From: an uncultured delta proteobacterium
GTDB lineage: Bacteria > Desulfobacterota > Desulfomonilia > UBA1062
Reading direction: 5' to 3'
Length of the DNA: 64,000 nucleotides
Assembly (NCBI GenBank): GCA_963798485.1
Contig: CAWCTR010000024.1
Coordinates: 1 to 64,000, forward strand
Each line of letters opens with the position of its first letter. The stretch's first letter is position 1. The translations under genes and the position numbers were made by a program. Shown piece by piece: positions 1 to 8,315 of this stretch. The notes under the pieces are model-generated. The model saw only the letters and a program-made list of their open reading frames with translations, made no database searches and had not been told where the DNA came from.

Positions 1-880
1 CTAATTTATAAGGCTTTAGAAGAAAAGGTTATCAATATTAACACTGATAAATCATGTGAAATCATCTTTGTGGATGATGGATCTGGAGACAACTCTTTTA
101 ATGAACTCATGGAAATCCGAAATGAGAACCCTCATCTAGTGAAGGTAATCAAGTTTGTACGGAATTTCGGCCAACTTCAGGCTGTAATAGCGGGCTATAA
201 AATTGCCAGAGGTAAATGTGTTATCTCAATTTCGGCCGACCTACAGGACCCCCCCGAAATGATCAATGACATGCTAAATTATCACTTTAATGAAGGATAT
301 CCTATTGTTGTGTGTAGTCGAGAATCCCGTGATGAATCCTTCTTCAGGCGAAGTACTTCACAAATATTTTATTCTCTCATGAAGAAGTTAAGTTTTCCTA
401 ATATGCCTACAAAAAGGGTTTGATTACATATTATTAAGCGAGACTGTAAAAAATATCATTCTTGAAAATCAAGAAACTAATGCGTTCTTTCAAGGCCAGG
501 TTTTATGGACCGGATACAATATTAAATTTATTCCCTATAAACGTGAGAAAAGAGCCATCGGTAAATCTAGGTGGACTTTCAGCAAGAAGTTGAAATACCT
601 CATAGATGGCCTTTTAAGTTATTCATACTTCCCATTGAGAGTTATGTCGGTTACTGGACTCATTGTAGCTTTACTTGGTTTTTTATATGCTTTAATCATT
701 TTAATAGGTCGCATATTTGGCTCTGTACCTGTCCAAGGATGGGCTCCATTGATGATCATTATCCTTGTTCTATCAGGTATCCAGATGCTTATGCTTGGTA
801 TAATCGGTGAATATTTGTGGAGGGCTCTAGACCAAGTTCGAAACAGACAACCCTACATTATTGAGAAGATAATTGAGTGA
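1..880 (+). pseudogene. Family 2 glycosyltransferase (GtrB/undecaprenyl-phosphate glycosyltransferase-like), 5'-truncated by the window and frameshifted at an A5 run (411-415)
   Basis: Motifs VDDGSGD, RNFGQ and SADLQDPP in frame 1. Removing one A at 411-415 restores PTKGFDYILL...KREKRAIGKSRWTFSKKLKY and joins the 590-880 ORF with two C-terminal TM helices and GIIGEY. Could be a sequencing error. Confidence 0.85.
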
Positions 881-1070
881 GCAATAAGGAATGGAAAGCT
901 ACTTATTAGGTTAGATGAAGAGTGCTTTTATTTAATGACTCAGAGTAGCCCTTTGGTTTAAATCACGGCTTTGGAGTTTGCCAGTTCACATGTAATCTTA
1001 TAGAATTTGAAGGGAATATATTCTACTGATCATATCTGAGTGAGCTAATACATGTTTAAAGGCCGAATTC

Positions 1071-1493
1071 ATGGTAAAACACAATGTCAAAATCAAGTTT
1101 ATCATCGTAGGCATTTGGAATACAATATTTGGGTATCTTGTCTATATTAGTCTTGATTCACTTTTTTCCCATCTATTTTCTCAAAGATATGTAGCTTATA
1201 TGTCGGCCTTGGTCGTTGCTAACATTATTGCTATCATCAATGCCTACATTTTTCATAAGTATGTGACTTTTGAATCAAAAATTAAGGGGATTGGAATCAT
1301 TTTTGAGTTTATAAAATTCTCATTAACCTATCTAGTCTCGTTTTGTTTAAGCTTGTTTTTACTTCCTTTTTTTGTTGAGGTTATGGATATACAGCCTAAA
1401 ATAGCAGGTGCATGTGTTATTTTATGCTGCACAATTATAAGCTATTTGGGACACACAAGAATCTCTTTTTATAAAAAACCTGATGAAGTATGA
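1071..1493 (+). CDS. GtrA-family lipid-linked sugar flippase
   Basis: 140 aa, four hydrophobic segments, KFIIVGIWNT and YIFHKYVTF GtrA-type motifs, next to a GtrB-like gene. Confidence 0.85.
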   Translation: MVKHNVKIKFIIVGIWNTIFGYLVYISLDSLFSHLFSQRYVAYMSALVVANIIAIINAYIFHKYVTFESKIKGIGIIFEFIKFSLTYLVSFCLSLFLLPFFVEVMDIQPKIAGACVILCCTIISYLGHTRISFYKKPDEV

Positions 1494-1919
1494 GCTCCTA
1501 TTCACGAAATCATTACTTTCTTCCATCACAACGAAAACCTTAATAGTCTAAATAACGGTTGTTTCTAGTGGTGCAGGGTAATTTTAAATACGATCTTTAA
1601 TAGATTCATGCCTTGCTAAAACGAACACCTTATTCAAAATTGGATATGAGGCTCTGTGCGATTCAGGATTCATGTTTACTGCAGATCCCATACTTGTCGA
1701 AAATCAGGGCTTCATATCACGCCGAATCAGTCAGATGGATAGAGGAAGGCACGTGAGGTCTTCTCAAGCTTATCCGGCAATTGCACAGTGAATATTTCCC
1801 TCTGTAGAAGCCCATGTCATAGACAATGTGAGTTACCGCCCATAGACGGGATGCCGCTTAAAATGCTATAAAAAATCATTCCTTTATCGTGAATTCCTCT
1901 CTGTATCAAGAATGATAAC

Positions 1920-2513
1920 TCACTTCTTGCGTCTGGGAATATAACGACCCTCCGTATCATAAAGCTCTAAACGCAGCTTGTTTTCCAGGTCCAATATCTT
2001 CTCCTTCGGCCTGTCCCACATTTTCGTTACAGGAGAGCCCATATATACTGTCCATGGCTTGCAGTTCCTTATTACCAGAGAGTTTGCCCCGATGACCGCC
2101 CCTTCTCCAATGGTCACACTGGGCAGGATAACGGAATTCGCTCCTATGATCGCATGCTTCTTTATATGGACAAAAGACCGGATGGGCTTACGGTATGGAT
2201 GGGGCACCGTCGGGTTCGTCAAGCATCCGCCCGAGAAGTCTTCACTACCGGTATAGACCCTTACCCCACCTGATAATCCGGCAAAGTCCTCCATAATGAA
2301 TTCGCCACCACCCAGGATCGAAGAGAAAGAACCGATATGGACAAAGCTGCCTATTGAAGTCCTATCACCCCCCATTATGAACACGAAACTATCGATGATG
2401 ACCGAATCGCCTATCTGGATGACTTCCGGTGCCAGTATTTTCGCATCATTGAATATGACAACATCCTTGCCGACAGAGGCCAATCCCAATTGGTATGCCT
2501 GGTTATTACTCAT
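1920..2513 (-). CDS. Hexapeptide-repeat (left-handed beta-helix) acyltransferase
   Basis: Repeats IGDSVII, IGSFVHI and IIGANSVILPSVTIGEGAVIGANSLV; last gene of the operon. Confidence 0.85.
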   Translation of the reverse strand: MSNNQAYQLGLASVGKDVVIFNDAKILAPEVIQIGDSVIIDSFVFIMGGDRTSIGSFVHIGSFSSILGGGEFIMEDFAGLSGGVRVYTGSEDFSGGCLTNPTVPHPYRKPIRSFVHIKKHAIIGANSVILPSVTIGEGAVIGANSLVIRNCKPWTVYMGSPVTKMWDRPKEKILDLENKLRLELYDTEGRYIPRRKK

Positions 2514-3691
2514 AATGAAACCTCCACCTCTTCAAATAATTGACGCCAGAAAGAATAACCATCCCATACATGACCAAAATGATGCATTGAAGAAATAGGA
2601 ACAAACCGCTTGACCTTTGTCCCGGCTATAATGGTGAGGAGATCTAAAGCTTTCGCATCCTGAAAGGAATGTCCGATTGTTTGAATATTCCCAGGAAGGC
2701 TTTTCGCTGCTTCTTCCAACGAAGACCAGACAATGGGGAGCGACATGAGGGAGGTGAAGACCGGTGTCCCGGCCGGACCTGCCGCGATGACAGCACCGTT
2801 CATCTTAGTGAGTGCTGCATCCCAGCCAAGGGCCATGGCCCATTGATATGCCATGATATTACTCGATGAGACATGCTGGGAAGGTACACGGGTGATGACT
2901 TTCGGCCATAAGGAAACAATCCTGTTTCGCAGGTGGACTGCATCATCCCTGTCTCCCCCGATGATTACGACTTTTCTCGGAGAAGTGCACCCTGCCTGTC
3001 CATAAATAGCGAAAACCTTTATTAGGGTCTCGACTGCCTGGTCACCCAATGCTCCCTTATCAACCCATGCTTCTGACTGCCTGTCCATAAAATGGATCCC
3101 AATACTATCAGCAGGATGCGGCATTGTATCGATGGCCATTACCGTCTCATCAGATCCAAAAACTATCCGGATCTTGCTCCCAGCAGCCATTTCACGGTTG
3201 CGCAGATCGCTCCTGCCAAAAGATTCGATGGTCACCTGTCGTTCGAGCAATTCCTTCAGCTGGCCCTGCTGAAGATAATTTAAGGCATATTGATAAAAGG
3301 CCAGGGTTACATTCTCAGATTGGGAGCTGGATTTCATCCTTAGAGCGTTTCCGCTCAGACTGAGAAGCACCAGCATCAGGGGGCCCAGCAGAGTTACGTT
3401 ATTTGGAAGCCACACCGAAACAGCGCCTCTCGGCTTGAAAAGATAAGTTATCGCATCTGAAGGATCAACGACATTTTTCCCAAAGCTCCTCGCAAAGGGT
3501 TTCTGCAAGTTTCCTTTGTCCAGAAAAGAGATCAGGTATGCCCACTCGTCTCTGGTAAACTCCGCAGGGGCATTCCTCACCATGATCTTTCTCAGGTTGT
3601 GCCATTCTTCTATAATACTCTCTGCTTCAAAAGGCAGTGCTACGGCAATGAACTGTTCGTAGAAACTATAGAAATGCAGATGATTATACAT
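2510..3691 (-). CDS. LuxC-like acyl-CoA/acyl-protein reductase
   Basis: PRG..VWLPNN, MKSSS, IVFGSDET, catalytic QAGCTSP and IQTIG motifs. Start reassigned to ATG 3691, which overlaps the LuxE stop. Confidence 0.8.
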   Translation of the reverse strand: MYNHLHFYSFYEQFIAVALPFEAESIIEEWHNLRKIMVRNAPAEFTRDEWAYLISFLDKGNLQKPFARSFGKNVVDPSDAITYLFKPRGAVSVWLPNNVTLLGPLMLVLLSLSGNALRMKSSSQSENVTLAFYQYALNYLQQGQLKELLERQVTIESFGRSDLRNREMAAGSKIRIVFGSDETVMAIDTMPHPADSIGIHFMDRQSEAWVDKGALGDQAVETLIKVFAIYGQAGCTSPRKVVIIGGDRDDAVHLRNRIVSLWPKVITRVPSQHVSSSNIMAYQWAMALGWDAALTKMNGAVIAAGPAGTPVFTSLMSLPIVWSSLEEAAKSLPGNIQTIGHSFQDAKALDLLTIIAGTKVKRFVPISSMHHFGHVWDGYSFWRQLFEEVEVSL

Positions 3692-4724
3692 TTGCACATC
3701 CTCTGACCTCGGCCCTTGGCACTCTTCCGAGAAGCTCGAAACGTTTACCCGACCTGCCGCACGGACAGTCTCCCGGTAGGATGCGGCCGATGTCTTCAGA
3801 GAGGACGCTGTGATACGGCGCCCCATAGGTAATCGTGTTCAGGAGCTGCAGCTGACCTGCTTCTCCGATAAGGGGATTCAGTGAATAGGTGTCGCGGACT
3901 ATGACATCAGCCCATACAGGTACATGCCTGGCATTGTATTCGCATAACGGATAGATTATCCCCAGTTGCTCTATGAGACCGTAATAATCTACAACCCTTG
4001 ATGACGGATGCACATGGGCCAGGACCTGGAAATCGAACTCTTTCCTGCTTACCTTGATTGCATCAAGCTTTTTCCAGCCGCCACTGTGGACGAAGCTGAT
4101 CATCTTGTCCTTCAGAAGAGACCTGATCTCGCTGGGGAATGACCCTTTGCCCCAGGCCAGCCAGAGTATCCACGAAAAACCATACATGAGAAATGCCCCA
4201 GTGCTATCAAGTAGTTTTGAAAGCAGGTCCCACTTCATGCTTTCAGGATTTTCAGGATCAGCCAAGAGAAAGTGAATCCCTGTGGACAGAGGCTGAAGGC
4301 TCAGGGCCGCAGCAACGCGGGCGGAAAGCTCTCGACGCCGCAGGGACTTTGCACTATCCAGAATCAAAAGTGGCCTCTTGTCGCTTCCAACGAAATCGGT
4401 CAATATTTTCGTGGTGCTTTCTCCCTGGAGTTTTGAACTGAGCTCATCCCGTGCAATCCTACTTGAAACTCCCGACGTAGATGACGAAACGGCTACCCTC
4501 TCATGTTTAATGCTATCGATTCGAGTCTTTAGCTCCAAATGCTTGAACACCCCGACATGAGTAAAGGGTAGCTCTTCGACCCTTTTGGCCGGCTTCCATC
4601 CGGTCCATATCCTTGAGAATTCTTCACACCCCTGTAAATGGTGCAGCGTCAGGGAGTTCATTTCTTCAAGGAAAAGTGCTTCATCTCTTTGACTGTAGAC
4701 AGGCCTTTCAATAAGTTTGCTCAT
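3684..4724 (-). CDS. LuxE-like acyl-protein synthetase
   Basis: SSSTSG, HSGGWKK, DYYGLIEQ, LSEDIG, CPCGRSG and C-terminal AEVRGC. Start 4724 forms an ATGA overlap with the upstream gene. Confidence 0.85.
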   Translation of the reverse strand: MSKLIERPVYSQRDEALFLEEMNSLTLHHLQGCEEFSRIWTGWKPAKRVEELPFTHVGVFKHLELKTRIDSIKHERVAVSSSTSGVSSRIARDELSSKLQGESTTKILTDFVGSDKRPLLILDSAKSLRRRELSARVAAALSLQPLSTGIHFLLADPENPESMKWDLLSKLLDSTGAFLMYGFSWILWLAWGKGSFPSEIRSLLKDKMISFVHSGGWKKLDAIKVSRKEFDFQVLAHVHPSSRVVDYYGLIEQLGIIYPLCEYNARHVPVWADVIVRDTYSLNPLIGEAGQLQLLNTITYGAPYHSVLSEDIGRILPGDCPCGRSGKRFELLGRVPRAEVRGCANV

Positions 4725-5653
4725 AGAAACCTGCGATTTGTAAAATGGGATAGGTAATCGGATCTCACAAGAATGCAATTCGTACGGCTCGAAGGGTCTC
4801 TCAGGACCAGACGCCAGTTTTCCTGGAGAACAGGGATCGTTAAATCATACACACAGCTGTCGAACAGCTGTCTGGCAGTATTCTCGACTATGGACTTATG
4901 TATGCCGTATGAACCAAACAACTTGTTGATCTTTTCCGTGTGCTGCATGTCAAGGTTCAAAACAGGCCATAGATACGTTGCACAAAGCTGAGCATGTCCG
5001 AAGTATTCCCCCGGGTATCTGAGTTTCAGCAGACCTTCGATAACATGCGCGATCCCATGTACCAGCCCGACACTCGCCCTGGCTTGACCGGCACAAGCCA
5101 GGGCGCTGAGTTCAAACCAGCGCGGATCGTTTTTCAGGGGCATAGTTTCAAGAGTCATAATGATCTCTGAAAGTTCCTTTCGGACTTCGTCATCGGCTAT
5201 CGGGGACAGGAATCCCTCCAATGCATGGGACCAGACGTCACCACAGGCCCATTTGATCAGATCAGGAGAGAGCTCTTCAGAAAGCTCACCCCAGATGCAG
5301 CGCTTGTCGGGGAGATACTCAGACCCCATTTTAATGGTCTTTTTGCCATCTTCATTCAAAACGGCAATAGGTGAATTTTCAGCCCCACTCCCCCAAAGAG
5401 AAGGAATGGCGATAAGCTCCATTTCCGGTTTGTTCTCTTTTCTCCATACCTTGGCCCTGTCGATCAGCACTCCACCACCTATGACGATGAGCTTATCATA
5501 ACCGTGTCCAGGCTCCTGGTTATTCAGAAGTACAGGGAGTGAAAATCTTCTTTCGATCTTTTCACGCAATTCAGGAATCGTCCATATTGCGGCATTCTTC
5601 AGATCTGAGGCTAGCAGACTTTCCAATGTCCATAGTTCGGGCCTACTCATCAA
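4721..5653 (-). CDS. Iron-containing alcohol dehydrogenase family protein
   Basis: IGGGVLIDRAK, IPSLWGSGAE, DVWSHALEG, HGIAH and GHA metal-ligand motifs. Confidence 0.8.
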   Translation of the reverse strand: MMSRPELWTLESLLASDLKNAAIWTIPELREKIERRFSLPVLLNNQEPGHGYDKLIVIGGGVLIDRAKVWRKENKPEMELIAIPSLWGSGAENSPIAVLNEDGKKTIKMGSEYLPDKRCIWGELSEELSPDLIKWACGDVWSHALEGFLSPIADDEVRKELSEIIMTLETMPLKNDPRWFELSALACAGQARASVGLVHGIAHVIEGLLKLRYPGEYFGHAQLCATYLWPVLNLDMQHTEKINKLFGSYGIHKSIVENTARQLFDSCVYDLTIPVLQENWRLVLRDPSSRTNCILVRSDYLSHFTNRRFL

Positions 5654-5888
5654 AGCTTATCCCCTTTGACTCAAGCACCTTTATGATATCCTGGATTCCC
5701 CTAATCGCGACCGCTTCTTCAGGCCTCATATGATACCCGAAGGACTCTTCAATACCAATGGCCAACGCCAAAACAGCAAGGGAATCCCAGGTATCGACCT
5801 CACTCTTCATCAGGTCAAAGCGGAACTCACCTTCTTCCAGAAGCAGTACCTCTATCACCAGATCTTTCAATCTTTCTTTATTCGTCAT
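5643..5888 (-). CDS. Acyl carrier protein
   Basis: About 81 aa, acidic, WDSL phosphopantetheine motif, IEESFG; likely start MTNKERL. Confidence 0.9.
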   Translation of the reverse strand: MTNKERLKDLVIEVLLLEEGEFRFDLMKSEVDTWDSLAVLALAIGIEESFGYHMRPEEAVAIRGIQDIIKVLESKGISFDE

Positions 5889-5890
5889 CT

Positions 5891-7087
5891 CTATAACCTC
5901 TGTCTCCAATGCACGGTCAGATTTGTGTTTCTCGCAAGCGCCAATGTATCGACTTTCCCGTTCGGCAAGGTAGGAATGGCCGATATGCTTTCGAGTCTCA
6001 ACGGCCAGTGAGTTCTGGGATGATTCTTTCGAAAACCCTGCAATATGTTCTGCACCTGTTCATTTGCAGCGTGAGGCGACACAACGAGTACATATCCGTC
6101 TTCACCGGATGAGTCTTTCTCCCGGTAGAAAACCGCCTGACCGGGCCAGTTCGAATTAACTGTTTCGAGCAGCTGTGGGAGCGAGATCTTCTCTCCGTAT
6201 CTCTTGAAAACCTCATTGCTCCGCCCCTTGATACGCCAATAATTGCTGTCAATCTGTTCACCGAAATCGCCAGAAGGTATCCAGTCTTCATTAGAAGGAA
6301 TGTGCAATCCTTTCTCATCATAGAAGCCCACTGCCCGGTAAGGGCTTCTGAATAGGATCTTCCCTTCCACATCTGTCTTAAGTTCAACTCCTGGAAGAGG
6401 TATGCCGATATTGGTTCCTTCATCACTGGCCTCAAGGGGCCGACAGCATAGCCTCGGCATGGCTTCTGCACAGCCATAGTTGTTGAATATGAGTGCATTG
6501 GGGAAAAGCCTTTTGACAACCTCTATCTGCATCTGAGGGAATGGCCCGCCTGCAAAATGCAGACGGATAATGCCGGGGAAACAGATAGTGTCCTCATAAT
6601 TACTTATAAAAAGGGGGATCTGTGCTCCTATCAGACATAGAAGGCAGTTATCGGCATTTTCGAGACATTGTTTCAGATTATCCGGCCGATGGAAGCCCCC
6701 TGAAATTATCAGGTCCCTTTTCATCACTCTCGCCCAGAGCCATTGGTTGATAAACCCGTAGCAGTAAGAGAGCGGGAGGGCTAAAACCGTCTGTTTAACA
6801 GGTTCGCTGTCCTGAACTATATGGATGACCCGAGCCAGATTCTCCGACCGTTTCCGAGAGCCTATAACGAGTTTAGGCTGGCCCGTACTCCCTGATGTGA
6901 GAAGTGCGAAGTGGTCTTTATGGAATTCTTCAGGAAACTGGGCCATACCACGTTCTACCCATTCCCTAGTTATACTGCTCCGGCTGGGTAATAAGACGAA
7001 CGTTCTAGGATCAGCCCAAGCATTGTCTAGCCTCGTTATGTCCTCATCAACTTCATTTTCATATATGATATACATCGAACTTTTCAT
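5891..7087 (-). CDS. Adenylate-forming (AMP-binding) acyl ligase
   Basis: TSGSTGQPK P-loop, YGCAE, SGDFG, GRSNEVFK and NGKVD motifs. Confidence 0.85.
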   Translation of the reverse strand: MKSSMYIIYENEVDEDITRLDNAWADPRTFVLLPSRSSITREWVERGMAQFPEEFHKDHFALLTSGSTGQPKLVIGSRKRSENLARVIHIVQDSEPVKQTVLALPLSYCYGFINQWLWARVMKRDLIISGGFHRPDNLKQCLENADNCLLCLIGAQIPLFISNYEDTICFPGIIRLHFAGGPFPQMQIEVVKRLFPNALIFNNYGCAEAMPRLCCRPLEASDEGTNIGIPLPGVELKTDVEGKILFRSPYRAVGFYDEKGLHIPSNEDWIPSGDFGEQIDSNYWRIKGRSNEVFKRYGEKISLPQLLETVNSNWPGQAVFYREKDSSGEDGYVLVVSPHAANEQVQNILQGFRKNHPRTHWPLRLESISAIPTLPNGKVDTLALARNTNLTVHWRQRL

Positions 7088-7319
7088 AAGCCTACTTGCT
7101 AAAAAGGTGGTATTATTAGAAAATTATAGCCCAATATTTTTTATATATTACATTCCCCAGCCAAAGTAAATACTTGGACATTGATAAAAAGAGCTTGCTA
7201 TAAAAAATAATCATAGCTAGCTTTTTAAAAATATGTTCACATGATTGACGAAATATGTCAGAACATTGCATTATATAATCTAAATAGAATGGATCATCTA
7301 TAACAGAAAGGAATTTCTA

Positions 7320-8138
7320 ATGAAATGCCTTATATGCAGTTCCCCAATGCAGTTTTTCTTTTCAAAAAAATACGACTCTTTCGATCTCGGAGAGGTTGAA
7401 TACTGGAAATGCAATGGCTGCGGATTTACCCTATCCAAGACACATGCCGAAATGTCCGCTGATACATGGCAACGACTCAACTATCAGTACCACAGCACGT
7501 ATCAAGGCAATGAAATAAGCCCGGATGACCCGAAATGGATAGCGAGGTTAAACACCCAAGCAGCGGTCATTTCGGATCTTGCTGATATCGGGCTTCTTGA
7601 TACAAAAGGGAGATGGCTCGATTTCGCCTGCGGAGACGGCAAACTCTCCGACATTCTCAAAGAGCACTATGATCTCGAACTACTGAAATATGACAGATAT
7701 ATGCGGGATGCTCAAGGCTTTCTCGACGATGAAGCCCTGGTCAAGGGATCGTTTGATTTCGTCATAACGACATCTGTATTCGAGCACTTCACGAGAAGAA
7801 CGGATTTCGATCTCGTTGAATCACTGGTTTCAGCCGATGGAGTCCTCGGATTGCATACCCTGGTGTGTGAGGACGTCCCACCTGATCCGTCGTGGTTTTA
7901 CCTGCTGCCCGTTCACTGTGCATTTCACACAAACAAAAGTATGAGCATATTGTTCAAACAGTGGGGATACAGGGCATCCATATATAATGTGGAAGCACAA
8001 CTATGGCTGTGGTTTAGAACTGACCCGGAAGAAATTCAATCAATTGCTATCAAAGCCAACTTGCGGGAAAGCAGGCCTAAGTATGTGTATAAAGCGGATT
8101 TTGTAGATTACTGGAAGGTTCTTCCATACCGGAAATAG
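7320..8138 (+). CDS. Class I SAM-dependent methyltransferase with N-terminal Zn ribbon
   Basis: CLIC...CNGC, LDFACGDG motif I, FDFVITTSVFEH. Confidence 0.8.
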   Translation: MKCLICSSPMQFFFSKKYDSFDLGEVEYWKCNGCGFTLSKTHAEMSADTWQRLNYQYHSTYQGNEISPDDPKWIARLNTQAAVISDLADIGLLDTKGRWLDFACGDGKLSDILKEHYDLELLKYDRYMRDAQGFLDDEALVKGSFDFVITTSVFEHFTRRTDFDLVESLVSADGVLGLHTLVCEDVPPDPSWFYLLPVHCAFHTNKSMSILFKQWGYRASIYNVEAQLWLWFRTDPEEIQSIAIKANLRESRPKYVYKADFVDYWKVLPYRK

Positions 8139-8315
8139 TGTAATGACCCCCGATGAACTGTACCCATGATAGGCGGTAAGATCATGGTAAGGGGGATTTT
8201 CATTTCTATTATTGTATATATATTATTTGATGTTAAGCTCAAAACATTAGTGGATCGTATTATTTAATACAACGAAAAATGAACAAAAAAACAACTTCAG
8301 AAACCGGCCGTTCAG

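Noticed and set aside
1500-1915. Possible gene relic or ncRNA in the gap between gtrA and the acyltransferase
   Set aside because: The frames I read contain multiple stops, with no recognisable family or strong structure.
2510-4724. Bioluminescence (lux) operon
   Set aside because: No luxA, luxB or luxD; the partners (ACP, Fe-ADH, acyltransferase, glycan genes) fit glycan acylation.
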